Of a stretch of DNA of 64,000 nt, positions 14,169 through 29,178 are shown piece after piece. The notes beneath the pieces are model-generated. The model ran no database searches, was not told the origin of the DNA, and saw only the letters and a list, made by a program, of their open reading frames with translations. Each line of letters opens with the position of its first letter. The stretch's first letter is position 1. The position numbers and the translations under genes were made by a program. The stretch comes from Malacoraja senta (taxonomy: Eukaryota). The stretch is from contig CM075996.1 of assembly GCA_038087875.1 (NCBI GenBank), positions 2,792,001-2,856,000 on the forward strand. Direction: 5' to 3'.

Positions 14169-15650
14169 GCGATGGGTGCAGGCAGGGAGTAGACAGGTCC
14201 TGGCAGGGAGTAGACAGGTTCTAGCATGGGGTTAAAGACTAGAGGCGACTCATGGTGGAATCTGCTAGTCAGGAACACAGAAAACTGTCAGTTTAAATAA
14301 TGAACCTGGCGGAGAGGGCAAAGATAATTCACTTCTGTGGGACATTTAGGAGAATGATGACCGGAAATGTGCGAGAGAGAGAGAGAGAAAGGACCAGAAT
14401 CGCTGGTGGGCGCGGACTCGGTGGGCCGAAGGGCCTGTTTCCACGGTGTATGTCTAAACCAAACTAACTGGAAACATATAAGATTGTTAAGGGCTTGGAC
14501 ACACTAGAGGCAGGAAACATATTCCCGATGTTGGGGGAGTCCAGAACCAGGGGCCACAGTTTAAGAATACGGAGTAAGCCATTTAGAACGGAGACGAGGA
14601 AACAGTATTTCTCACAGAGAGTGGTGAGTCTGTGGAATTCTCTGCCTCAGAGGGCGGTGGAGGCAGGTTCTCTGGATGCTTTCAAGAGAGAGCTAGATAG
14701 GGCTCTTAAAAATAGCGGAGTCAGGGGATATGGGGAGAAGGCAGGAACAGGGTACTGATTGGTGATGATCAGCCATGATCACATTGAATGGCCTACTCCT
14801 GCACCTATTGTCTATTGTATCTCTAAACTAAACTAACTGGTGTTTGTTGCAGGGATATAAACAATGCATAAAATATTCATCGATTATAAATTAATAAACC
14901 CACACATGTTGGGTAATAGTCGTACATTCACTGCTTTAATAAATTATTCATTGGAATAAAACAGAAGACACGTCTCATCTCAATTCCTCCCACGCTATAC
15001 GGTACCGCGTGCTGGCAACACCACTGACATTTGGATTAGCTAGAGGCTATTAGCTAGGAGGAGAGGTTGGACAATCTTGGTGTGTGTTCTCTGGAACGAC
15101 AGAGGTTGAAGAGAAACCTGATGCAAGTACATAAATTTAGGAGAAGCCGAGACAGGCCAGACAGAATATTTTCCCCCCTCCCCCCTCCCAGGGTGGAAAT
15201 GTCAAGGACTAGAGGGCGTAGTTTTATAGGTGAGAGAGGGGGGGGAGAGTTTAAAGGAGATGTGCGGGGTAAGTTTTTATCTTTACACAGAGGGTGGTGG
15301 GTACCTGGAACGCGCTGCCAGGGGTGGTGGTGGAGGCAGATACGATAGTGGCGTCTAAGAGGCTTTTATATCGGCACATGGATGAGCAGGGACTGTGCGA
15401 AGGGGGGATATGCAGCATGTGCAGGCAGAGGAGAATGGTTTAACCTGTTCGGCACAGACACTGCGGGCCGAAGGGCCTGTTCCTGTGCTGTGTGTTCTTT
15501 GTTCCATGCTTTATGACATGGAATTCTGCCCCACTCTTCCCAAACCATGGGAAGTTCCAAAACACATTCCAACCATTGTCATATTCAGTCACAGGAAGTG
15601 CAGCCGCTAATTTTGCACAGAGCAAGTTTCAAGATCACGGCACCCAGATA

Positions 15651-15966
15651 GTTTAGTTTAGTTGAGAGATACAGCGCGGAAAGGTGGCCCTTTGACCCAC
15701 CGAGTCCGCGCCGACCAGCGATCCCCGCACACTAAATACTACCCGGCACACTCGGGACAATTTGCTATTTTTTAACTGAAGCCAAATTAACCTACAAACC
15801 TGCACGTCTTTGGAGTGTGGGAGGAAACCGGAGCACCCGGAGAAGACCCACGCAGGTCACGGGGAGAACGTACAAACTCCGTACAGACAGCACCAGTAGT
15901 TGGGATCGAAGCCGGGTCTCCGGCACTGTAAGGCAGCAACTCTACCGCTGCGCCACCGTGCCGCCC
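15651..15966 (-). mobile_element. Full-length V-SINE (HE1-like)
   Basis: Reverse complement of the 13862-14168 family. Confidence 0.88.
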
Positions 15967-17884
15967 CTGATTTAAGGTAGCAACTCTACCCCTGATTTAA
16001 GAATCTTTTTTTTTTTTTTGAAAAGAATAAAATGTAAAAGCATTTCATTACGACTTTGTAATTCCTCTTCGAACACACACTGTCCTGGGTAACTCCCACC
16101 AGTACCGACACATCCCTTTGCCATCACCCAGGCAACCGGAGCAGATGCTTTGTCACTCCAGTCTCTTGAAAGGATTATGCTACGCGCATTGCTAAGCAAT
16201 GGCCTTTGAACAAACATCAAGCTCTGCCTGCAGGCCCCTGAGCAACAACAACATGCGGGCGGGCACAAATACTACCATCTGCCGTCGCACAACAGGTTCT
16301 GGCCTGCTGAACAAAAGGGGCCTGAAGAAGGGTCCCGACCCGAAACATCACCCATAGAAACATAGAAAATAGGTGCAAGAGGAGGCCCTTCAGCCCTTCG
16401 AGCCAGCACCGCCATTCATTGTGATCATGGCTGATCATCCCTAATCAGGAATTCTCTGCCTCAGAGGGCAGTGGAGGAAGGTTCTCTGGATGCTTTCAAG
16501 AGAGAGCTAAATAGGGCTCTTAAAAATAGCGGAGTCAGGGGATATGGGGAGAAGGCAGGAATGGGGTACTGATTGGGGATGATCAGCCATGATCACATTG
16601 AATGGTGGTGCTGGCTCGAAGGGCCGAATGGCCTACTCCTGCACCTATTGTCTAATAACTCGTGCCTGCCTTCTCCCCATATCCCTTGATTCCACTAGCC
16701 CCTCTAACTCTCTCTTAAATCCATCCAGTGATTTGGCCTCCACTGCCCTCTGCGGCAGGGAATTCCATAAATTCACACCTCTCTGGGTGAAAACGTTTTT
16801 TCTCACTCAGTCTTAAATGGCCTCCCCTTTATTCTAAGGCTGTGGCCCCTGGTTCTGGACTCGACTAACATTGGGAACATTTTTCCTGCATCTAGCTTGT
16901 CCAGTCCTTTTATAATTTTATATGTTTCTATAAGATTCCCCCTCATCCTTCTAAACTCCAGTGAATACAAGCCTAGTCTTTTCAATCTTTCCTCATATGA
17001 CAGTCCCCCCTTCTCATATGACAGACCCCCTTCCTTCTCTCCAGAGATGCTGCCTGACCCGCTGAGTTACTCCAGCATTTAGTGCCTATCTTCGGTATAA
17101 ACCAGCATCCGCTCTGCTGGAAGCGCTGCCATGCTGCCCAACCAGCCCATCATAGTTCTACGACTAGTTTGACAGTCCTCGTCATTCATTTTACTGTTTT
17201 CAGTTTGGATTAGTTCAGATTACTGTGGATGCTGGAAAAATCGAAGGTAGACACAAATGCTGGAGAAACTCAGCAGGTGAGGCAGCATCTATGGAGAGAA
17301 GGAATTGGCGACGTTTCGGTTCGAGACCCTGAAGGTCAGTTCGTAACTGGTCTACATCTAGAGACCATTTACTAAACTTTGCACTGAAGATGGGCACAAA
17401 GTGAACAATGGAGGACCCAGCGTGGGGGGGGGGCTGCCATGAGGAGGGGGAGGGGGGGGGGGGGGAGAGTAGTACAAAGAGGACCTGGCACGTATACTTT
17501 GTCAGAGCCCTTTAAGTGGCAACTATTTTGTATACCTTGGGGACGCAACCAAAGAATGTCACTGTGACTTGTCACGTGACAATATAGTGTTCCATTCATT
17601 CATGTGTAGGAAGGAACTGCTGATGCCAGTTTAAACCGATGATAGGGTTTCGGCCATAACGTTGCCTATTTCCTTCGCTCCATAGATGCTGCTGCACCCG
17701 CTGAGTTTCTCCAGCACTTTTGTCTACCTTCGATTTTCCAGCATCTGCAGTTCCTTCTTGAACATAGACACAAAATGCTGGATTCATGCTGAAGTAACTC
17801 AGGAGGTGGTAGGAGGCCCTTCAGCACATCAAGCTTACACTAGCTCTGTCTGTCTGACTCTGCGTAAGAGCAGTAGACATAAAA

Positions 17885-18142
17885 TGCTGGAGTAACTCAG
17901 CGGGATGGGCAGCATCTCTGGAGAACATGGATAGGTGATGTTTCACAGAGTGCTGGAGTAACCCAGCGGGACAGGCAGCATCTGTGGGGAACATGGATAG
18001 GTGATGTTTCACAGAGTGCTGGAGTAACTCAGCGGGTCAGGCAGCATCTGTGGAGAACATGGATAGGTGACGTTTCACAGAATGCTGGAGTAACCCAGCG
18101 GGTCAGGCAGCATCTCTGGAGAGAAGGAAATAGATGACGTTT
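17885..18142. repeat. 66-bp x4 tandem repeat of a Penelope-like 3' segment
   Basis: TGCTGGAGTAAC starts at 17885, 17951, 18017, 18083. Confidence 0.88.
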
Positions 18143-18160
18143 CAGGACAAAGCCTTCCTA

Positions 18161-18886
<726 letters not shown>

Positions 18887-21373
18887 CTAACTGGTCCGAA
18901 GAAGGGTCTCGACCCGAAACGTCACCTATTCCTTCTCTCCACAAACGCTGTCTGAGCCACTGAGTTACTCCAACTTTGTCTCTCTCTGATATGAACAATT
19001 CTGCACTCAGTCCCTCGAGCGATCAAGGCACTTTATAATAAGTGATAGCAGCAGAATTAGGCCATTCAGCCCATCAAGTCTAGTCCGCCATTCGATCTAT
19101 CTCTCCCTCCTAACCCCATTCCCCTGCCTTCTCCCCATAACCCCCGACACCCGTACAAATCAATAATAAATCCATCTCTGCCTTAAAAATATCCACTGAC
19201 TTGGCCTCCACAGCCTTCAGTGGCAAAGAATTCCACAGATTCACCACCCTCTGATTGAAGAAATTCCTCCTCATCTGCTTCCTAAATGAATGTCTTTTAA
19301 TCCTGAGGCTGTAACCTCTGGTCCTAGACTCTCCCACTAGTGGAAACATCCTCTCCACATCCACTCTATCCAGGCCTTTCACTATTCCGTAAGTTTCAAT
19401 GAGGTCTCCCCCTCATCCTTCTAAACTCCAGCGAGTACAGGCCCAGTGCCGTCAAACGCTCATCATAGGTTCACCTACTAATTTCTGGGATTATTCTTGT
19501 ACATGTTCATGTGCTTGTTAAATGCTTTTCCAAAGTTCCACAACTTCATTGCAATTTAGGATTGGGGAATAATGTACACTTTAGTGATACAGCGCGGAAA
19601 CAGGCCCTTCGGCCCACCGTGTCCGCACCAATTCCTATAAATCTCTGTAAGGTGTCCTTGAGACCTCGGTATAAGGCGCCCGTAAATAAAATTCATTACA
19701 TTAACACTATCCTACACACACACACGAAAGACAATTTACAATTTTACCAAGCCAATTAACCAACAAACCTGTATGTCTTTGGAGTGTGACATAGAAACAT
19801 AGAAAATAGGTGCAGGGATCTTCGGTTTCCTCCCACACTCCAAAGGCTACATTTCCTTTATTAGAACTCAGCCTAAAACCTCTTGGGACCATTCTCCCTC
19901 TTCTCCCCTCTCCCATCAGGCAAGAAACATCGACAATAGGTGCAGGAGTAACCCATTCGGCCTTTCGAGCTAGCACCGCCATTCAATATGATCATGGCTG
20001 ATCAACCAAAATCAGTACCCCATTCCGGCTTTTTCCGCATATCCCTTGATTCCGTTAGCCTTAAGAGCTAAATCTAACTCTCTCTTGAAAACATCCAGTG
20101 AATTGGCCTCCACTGCCTTCTGCGGCAGAGAATTCCACCGATTCACAACTCTCTGGGTGAAATAGTTTTTCCTCATCTAAGTCATAAATGGCCGACCCCT
20201 TATTCTTAAACTGTGTGACCCCTGGTTCTGGACTCCCCCAACATCAGGGAACATTTTTCCTGTGGGAGGAAATATGAAGATCTCGGAGAAAACCCACGCA
20301 TGTCATGGGGAGAAGGTACAAACTCCTTACAGACAGCACCCGTGGTCAGGATGGAACCCGGGTCTCTGGCGCTGTGAGGCAGCAACTTTACCGCCTGTTC
20401 TTGTGTTTCTAGACCATACAACCAAGGATAAAGCCTTTATGTGAATGACCCAATTAATTTTCATTGGAGTGGAAAATGAACACGGTCCCTTGATGTGACT
20501 GCAGTAAATCTCTGATAATCAGGCACCCTTGGGATGGAGATTTATAGTTTTATTTTTAGAGGTACAGCGTGGAAACAGGTCATTAGGCCCACCGAGTCCA
20601 CGCCGACCATAGATCACCCGTCACATTAGCTCCATGTTATCCCACTTTCTCATCCACTCCCTACACACTAGGGGGCAATTTACAAGAGGGCCTACGAACC
20701 TGCGCGTCTTAGGGATGTGGGGGGAATCCGGAGCACCCGGAGAAAACCCACGCGGGTCACGGGGAGAACGTGCAAACTCCGCACACACACATACAGCATC
20801 CGTGGTCAGGGTCTTGTACCTAGGTGAGGTCTGCTGTATGGTTTTATCGTGTTGGATGCAAAGCAAAGCATTTCACTGTGACAATGAAGTATCATTGAAA
20901 CCATTAGTGAGTGACCCGGGTTCGATCCTGACCACGGCTGCTGTCTGTACGGAGTTTGTACCTTCACCCCGTGACCTGCGTGGGTTTTCTCCGAGATCTT
21001 CGGTTTCCTCCCACACTCCAAAGACGTACAGGTTTGTAGGTTAATTGGCTTCAATAAATTGTCCCTAGTGTGTGTAGGGTAGTGTTAGTGTGCGGGGATC
21101 GATGGTTTGTGCAGACTCGGTGGGCCGAAGGGCCTGTTTCCGCGCTGTATCTCTAAACTAAACGACGGGACGAGTGCAGAAAGGGATCTCACAGCTAAAC
21201 ATGTCCAGTTTCCGTGATAATGAAGCAACAGGCAAGGGTTGTACTGGAGCCATGGGAGCCTGGCTTCACCAGGAGACAGCACTGCACCAAGGCTGCACGT
21301 CTCACTGGTGTGAGTGTCGTCACTCAGCAACCATCAGCTCCACACACGTCAGTGACAAGCCCTGGCAACATCG

Positions 21374-21394
21374 GGAGAGGGAGAGGGAAAGGGG

Positions 21395-21452
<58 letters not shown>

Positions 21453-21630
21453 AATAGAGAGAGAGACAGAGAGAGAGACAGACAGAGAGAGAGACAGACA
21501 GAGAGAGAGACAGAGACAGAGAGAGAGAGAGGGGGAGGGAGGGGGAGGGGAAGAGGGAGAGAGAGAAAGAAAGAGACAGAGACACACAGACAGAGACACA
21601 GACGGACACACAGACAGAGACGGGGAGAGG
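21374..21630 (+). repeat. (GA)n/(GACA)n low-complexity tract
   Basis: Directly visible. Confidence 0.95.
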
Positions 21631-21634
21631 GTCA

Positions 21635-22355
21635 GATTAGGGGAATGGGAGGTGCAACGAGACCTGGGTGTGCCTGTACATCAGTAGCTGAAAGTAAACA
21701 TGCAGGTACAGTGGGCAGTGAAGAAAGCAAATGGCATGTTGGCCTTCATTGCGAGAGAATTTGAGTTTAGGAGCAAAGAGGTCCTACAGCAGTTGTACAG
21801 AGCCCTGGTGAGACCGCACCTGGAGTATTGTGTGTAATTTTGGTCTCCTAATTTGAGGAAGGACATTATTGCTATTGAGGGAGTGCAGTGTAGGTTCACC
21901 AGGTTAATTCCCGGGATGGCGGGACTGACGTACAATGAAAGTATGGGTCGACTGGGCATGTATTCGCTGGAATTTAGAAGGATGAGGGGGGATCTAATAG
22001 AAACATAAAATTCTTAGAGGATTGGACAGGGTAGATGTTGGGGGGAGTCCAGAACCAGGGGTCACAGTTCAAGAATAAGGGGTAGGCCATTTAGGACTGA
22101 GATGAGGAAAAACGTTTTCACCCAGAGAGTTGTGAATCTGTGGAATTCTCTGCCACAGAAGGCAGAGGAGGCCAATTCACTGGATGTTTTCAAGAGAGAG
22201 TTAGATTTAGGTCTTTGTGCTAAGGGAATCAAGGGATATGGGGAGAAAGCAGGAACGGGGTACTGATTTTAGATGATCAGCCATGGCCATATGGAATGGT
22301 GGTGCTGGCTCGAAGGGCCGAATGGCCTACTCCTGCATCTATTTTCTATGTTTCT
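21635..22355 (+). mobile_element. CR1-clade LINE 3' fragment, decayed
   Basis: [31 protein letters not shown] with internal stops; TTCTATG tail. Confidence 0.85.
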
Positions 22356-22877
22356 GTGATATACTTCTAGCAGGTGGCCCTTCAATGCAAGACAATCCAG
22401 AGAAAACAATCTCAGTTTCCATTCCCAAATCTAAACCAATCCCAAAATCGAATTCAAATTTAAACCATTCCCAATCCAAGTTCAGGGAGAGGGCATTAGA
22501 CAGAAGATACAACACAGGCCCGGAAGTTCATAAATCCATAAATTCTAGGAGCAGAATTAAGCCATTCAGCCCATCAAGTCTACTATTCAATCATGGCTGA
22601 TCTATCTCTCCCTCCTAACCCCATTTTCCTGCCTTCTCCCCATAACACCCACACTAATCAAGAATCTATCTATCTCTGCCTTAAAAATATCCACTGACTT
22701 GGCCTCCACTGCTGTCCGTGGCAATGAATTCCACCCTCTGGTTAAAGACATTTCTCCTCATCTCCTTCCTAAAGATACGTCCCTTAATTCTGAGACTATG
22801 ACCTCTGGTCCTAGGCTCTCCCACTAGTGGAAACATCCTCTCTGCGTCCACTCTATCCAGGTTTGAGAGGCGTGTCA

Positions 22878-23318
<441 letters not shown>

Positions 23319-24973
23319 CTAGCGATCCCCGCACACTGACTCTAACCTACACACACTAGGGACAATTTACATTTTCACCAAGCTAATTAACCTACAAACC
23401 TGCACGTCTTTGGAGTGTGGGAGGAAGCTGAAGATCTCGGAGAAAACCCACGCAGGTCATGTCGTGGACTTTATACACAGCTAATTTCCGCGCTGATTTT
23501 CACTCCCATTGTTAGCATTCATCTCCCTCCTTGTACACCCGGAAACCTTTTACTGATCAGGATCACCTCTTCCTCTGCCGGGCCATTACAAGGCCATTTC
23601 CACGTGACTCTCCACTGGAAGCCCAAGGGGGCCGTCCAGAGCTTCAAAGGCATCAATGGCGATATCATGGTGTCCAAACCACAAGGTGCTGGAGGAACTC
23701 AGCACAGTGACGCAGCAGTAGAGTTGCTGCCTCACAGCGCCAGAGACCCGGGTTCCCTCCCGACTACAGGTGCTGTGTGTACGGTTTGTACCTTCTCCCC
23801 ATGACCGCGTGGGTTTTCTCCGGGTGCTCCGGTTCCCTCCACACTCCAAAGACGTGCAGGTTTGTAGGTCAATTGCCTTTGGAATAAAAGAGTAAATAGT
23901 TCCTCGTGTGTGTAGGATAGTGTTAGTGTGCAGGGATCGCTGGTCGGTGCGGACTCGGTGGGCCGCAGAGCCTGTTTCCACGCTATATCTCTAAACTAAA
24001 CTGGTAGAACTGCTGCCTCACACTACCAGAGACCAGAGTTCGACCCTGCTTTAGAGATACAGCTCAGAAACAGGCCCTTCAGCCCACCGAGTCCATGCCG
24101 ACCAGCGATCACCCGTTCACACTAAACAACACAAAACTCGGAACAACTTTACAACTTACTAAAAGCCAATTAACCTACAAACCTGTACATCTCTGGAGTG
24201 TGGGAGGAAACCAGAGCACCCGGAGAAAACCCACATGATCACAAGTACATACAAACTCCGTACAGACAGCACCCATGGTCAGGATCGAACCCGGGTCTCT
24301 GGCGCTGTACGGCAGTGACGCTACTGTTGCGCCACTGTGCCGCCCCTGACCTCAGGTGCTGTCTGTGTGGAGTTTGCATGTTCTCCCTGCGACCATATAG
24401 TTTTTCTCTGGACACTCCTCTATCGGTTTCCTCCCTTAGTTTAGTTTATAGTCATGTGTACAGAGGTACAGTGAAAATCTTTTTGTTGTGTTCTAACCAG
24501 TCAGCGGGAAGACTGGTTACAATCGAGCCATCCACAGTGTTCAGATACATGATATAGGTAATAACGTTTAGTGCGAGGTAAAGCCCAATAAAGTCTGATT
24601 ACAGATAGTCTGAAGGTTTCTAATGAGGTAGATAGTAGTTCAGGACTGCTCTCTGGTTGTGGTAGGATGGTTCAGTTGTCTGATAACAGCTGGGAAGAAA
24701 CTGTCCCTGAATCTGGAGGCGTGCGTTGGCTGATGGGAGAGGGGAGTGGCCGGGGTGCGACTGGTCCTTGATTATGCTGCTGGCCTTGCCGAGGCAGCGT
24801 GAGGGATAGATGGAGTCAATGGAAGGGAGGTTGGTTTGCGTGATGGTCTTCAAGGAGGTAGACGTTAGGTCAGGACCGCTCTCTAGTTGGAGGTAGGAAG
24901 GTTCAGTTGCCTGATAACAGTTGGGAAGAAACTGCCCCTGAATCAGGAGGTGTGCATTTTCACACACACTGAG

Positions 24974-26012
24974 TAGGTATGTTACAAAACTTACCTTCAG
25001 TCGCGCTGTAATTCTGCCACTGGCCGTGTGCGCGATTTTGGCGCCTTTAAGGGGGGGGCGGGGTTAAAACGCGGGTTTCTCCCTTGTCCTGGAAATATTT
25101 TGTTGGAGTACAAAACTTCGCTGACAAAATCGTTCCTACCGGCGATTTGTGAATTTTTTTTAAAAATTAAATCGTCAATGTCAGCGCTAGAGTCATTTTA
25201 AAAGCAGCTCCTGAAGCGTCAACGCCAATAACGGGGACGGATTTCACACAATGGACAGGTAAACAAAAGTGCTTTCTTTAAATGTATAAAAGTGCTTCTT
25301 AAGAAGCCTTTAATTCACATTTTGTCATGCGACACGGTGATTTTATTCCCCGAATTAACGGCAGTATTTTTCATGCCAATACGGGGTTAAATTCACCGCA
25401 AATGAACGTTCCAAAAGATCGCGTTCCAGTAATTCTCACTCGCAAGATGAATTAAATCCCCATTAATTTACAGGTATTAAACATTCAATTCCTTCCATTT
25501 GGCCTGTAAATTCATGAAAATTAGATTTAAAAATTATGTTATATTGTGAATTATTGTGTGAATGTTATTTGGACACTTAGGCTATTTAAAAATGTTAATC
25601 TATTCTTAAGAAATTGATAGATGTTTAGATCTAGTAATTGAATTTTGTAATTAGCTACAATTAGGTAACTAACTAATTATATGCTTTACTTTCATGTCTT
25701 CGAAGTAAGATTGTTTCATATTTGTTTCAGAATGCTTCAATCTATAATACCTGAAAATTTCTTTCAGTTACCATAATTTTTAAGAAAGTTATGGGCTTTT
25801 AACTGTCCTCGATCACAGCTTTTGTGTTAAGTCAATGGAAAAGCAATAGGGAACTAGATGCTAATTTCTGAGTATGATAATGGCCATAACTTTTTTAATA
25901 CTGAAGATATGAAAGTGAATTAAGTGTCAAATTAAACTTCTTTTTATGCTTTATCTGATGGGATAAATTGCAGACTTTATTTTTTAAATCTCAAAATTTT
26001 GTAACATTGCTA
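24974..26012. mobile_element. Non-autonomous TIR DNA transposon (1039 bp, hAT-like TAG..CTA termini)
   Basis: Left TAGGTATGTTACAAAA vs reverse complement of right end TAGCAATGTTACAAAA (14/16); CACTGAG on both flanks. Confidence 0.8.
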
Positions 26013-26790
26013 CACTGAGGACTGAGATGAGGAAAAACTTTTAAACCCAGAGAGTTGTGAATCTGTGGAATTCGCTGCCACAGAAGGCAGTGGAGGCCAA
26101 TTCACTGGATGTTTTCAAGGGTGAGTTAGATATACAGTAGTTCCCAGGGCTAACGGAATCAAGGGATATGGGGGAAAATATGAGCCATGATCATATTGAG
26201 CCATGATCATATTGAATGGCTCAAGGGCCGAATGGCCAACTCCTGCACCTATTTTCTATGTTTCTTGCCGGATGGGAGAGGGGAGGAGAGGGAGAGTGGT
26301 CCCAAGAGGTTCACAGCTGAGCTAGTAAAGGAAATGTAGCCGCTAATGTAAATCTAGCTCACAACACATGCACAAACAGCAGCGCGATCAAAACAGGCGA
26401 GCTGATCGTTGAGGGGGAAATATTGGCTGGGTCTCTGGAGAGAGTGCCTGCTCTCCAAAACAGTCCAGGACAGGTATCACATCCCAGCTGCACTCCTGAA
26501 CATGCAACAGCACAACGCAGCAACAGGCCATTCAGCCCACAATGTCTCTGCCGGACATGATGCCCAGTCAAACTAGTCTTATCTGCCTGCACGTGATCCA
26601 TATGCCTATGTAAAAAGTGCAGGAAGGAACTGCAGATGCTGGTTTAAACCGAAGATGGACACAAAAGGCTGCAGTAACTCAGCGGGACTGACAGCATTTC
26701 TGGCGAAAAGGAATAGGTGACGTTTCGGATCTGAAGAAGGGTCTCAACCCGAAACGTTGCCTATTCCTTTCCTCCAAGGATGCTGCCTGA

Positions 26791-27107
26791 CCGGGGGCTC
26801 CAACTTGTGACTTTTGGGCCCGGAGCGAGGCCGTACATCGCCCGGCGCGGCCTCAGCGGCCGTGAGACTTAACATTGCCCGCCTGGGGCTTCAACATCGG
26901 GAGAAAGATGGTGCAGGGGAGAGAAAAGACTTTGCCTTCCATCACAGTGAGGAGGAGATTCACTGTGATGGATGTTTTTCTGTAAATTGAATTGTTTGTG
27001 TGCCGTGTAGGAATTGTTTTGTTTGTATGGCTGTGGAAACGGAGTTTCGTTTTAAGCCTCTCTGAGGTTCAAATGACAAGTAATAAAATCTAATCCAAAT
27101 CAAATCA
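26791..27107 (+). repeat. Unclassified GC-rich interspersed repeat fragment with hairpin and LINE-like tail
   Basis: CCATCACAGTGA..TCACTGTGATGG hairpin at 26939-26971; ends AATAAAATCTAATCCAAATCAAATC. Confidence 0.45.
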
Positions 27108-27824
27108 AGAAACCCACGCGGTCACAGGGAGAACGTGCAAACGCCACACAGAGTACGCCAGAGGTCAGGAGGCAGCAACTCTACCGCTGCGCCACCGTGC
27201 CGCCCCGTCCTTTCTAGCACCGTGCAGTGATAGTGTAGTCAAGATAGACAGGCACAGTGTGCCGGAGTAACTCAGCTGGTCAGGCCACATCTCTGGAGAA
27301 AAGGAATGGGTGAGGTTTCGGGTGGAGACCCTTTTTCAGACTGAAAGATGGAGGTGGTGGTGGGGGGGGGAAATGGAGGCAAGAAAAGGCACGTCACGAA
27401 ACGCCACCTATTCCATCTCCCCAGAGATGCTGCCTGTCCCGCTGCATTACTCCAGCTTTTTGTCTCTCACTTACATACATATACATGTATATATGTAGAT
27501 ACACACACACACACACACAATAATAGTGCAAAAGGACAACATTAATGCCCCAAGTCTATGTAGTTCAGAGCTTATTTGGTTGTAGTGTTTTTTCATAGCC
27601 CACTAAGTTACTCCAGCATTTTGTGTCTTTCATCGGTGCAGTTCCTTCTTACAATAATCTCGTTCAGCTCACAACACTCTCTTTCCCACAGCCCCGCAGT
27701 TTACAGGCCAACTCCTTGGTGGCACAAAGTGACAGGATGTGACTCGATTCCTTCAGTTGCAGAAGATCAAAGGCTTCAGAGATCGTGAGGGGAGGGGGGG
27801 GTGGCAGTGCACGGATGAGGTCAG

Positions 27825-28017
27825 ACAGACACAAAAAAGCTGGAGTAACTCAGCGGGACAGGCAGCATCTCTGGAGAGAAGGAATGGGTGACGTTTATCG
27901 TGACGAGACCCTTCTTCAGACCTGAAACGTCACCCATTCCTTCTCTCCAGAGATGCTGCCTGTCCCGCAGAGTTACTCCAGCTGTTTGTGTCTGTCTTCG
28001 GTCTAAACCAGCATCTG
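27825..28017. mobile_element. Fold-back Penelope-like repeat
   Basis: Near-perfect inverted arms of about 70 bp around a GAGACCCTTCTTCAGAC loop. Confidence 0.78.
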
Positions 28018-29178
28018 GACAGCAATAATACCTACATCAGGCTGCTGTTTATTGATTGCAGCTCCGCCTTTAACACTGTCATCCCCGCTAGCTTGATCAC
28101 CAAACTCAGCGGACTTGGCATCTCCACTTCCCTCTGCAATTGGACACTGGATTTCCTCACCAACAGACCACAGTCTGTTAGGGTCAACAACCTCACCTCC
28201 TCCACTATAACACTGAACACCGGCGTGCCACAGGGCTGTGTGCTCAGCCCTCTCCTCTACTCCCTCTTCACCCATGACTGCATCCCTAAGAATGGCTCCA
28301 ACGCCATCATTAAATTTGCCGACGATACCACGGTGGTAGGATTGATCAGTGACAACGACGAGTCAGCCTACAGGGAGGAGGTCCAGCACCTGGCAGTCTG
28401 GTGTGCCAACAATAACCTCGTCCTCAACTCCAAGAAGACAAAGGAAATTATTGTTGACTTCAGAAAGAACAGAGGGGGCAGACATACCCCCATCCATATA
28501 AACGGGACTGAGGTGGAGCGCGTCTCCAACTACAAATTCCTCGGGGTACACATCTCGGAGGATTTGTCCTGGTCCCTCAATACCTCCAAACTGATCAAGA
28601 AGGCGCAGCAGCGCCTTTACTTCCTCAGGAGGCTCAAGAAAGCTCACCTGTCCCCCCAGATCCTGACCAACTTTTACCGCTGTACCATCGAAAGCATCCT
28701 GACCACCTGCATCACGGTATGGTACAGCAGTTGCATGGTAGCTGACAGGAAGGCACTACAACGGGTGGTGAAGACCGCTCAGTACATCATCGGTGCCCCG
28801 CTCCCTGCAATGGATGCCCTCCACCGAAAACGGTGTCTGAGACGGGCCGGGAAGATCATCAAGGACCCATCCCACCCTAACCATGGACTGTTTGCCCTCC
28901 TCCCATCAGGGAGGCGGTACAGAAGCCTCAGGTCTCGTACAAGCAGGATGAGGAACAGCTTCTTCAACAACACTATCACATTGCTGAACTCGGAGTCCCG
29001 CCGATAGATTTCTCCAGTCTCCATCCACATTGTTTGCTTATTCTGTATTTTATTCTGTATATTGTTCTTGTTCTGTGTTTTATTTCTATATTGCAATATT
29101 GCTACGAGCAGACGCTAGACTCTATTTCGTTGTACCCATACTTGTATCTGTGCAATGACAATTAAAGTTGAATTGAAA
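28018..29178 (+). mobile_element. 5'-truncated Rex1/Babar-type LINE with an uninterrupted RT C-terminal ORF to 29007
   Basis: [68 protein letters not shown]. Confidence 0.92.

Noticed and set aside
27988..29007. Host protein-coding gene of 339 aa
   Set aside because: It is a 5'-truncated LINE reverse transcriptase with no real start codon.
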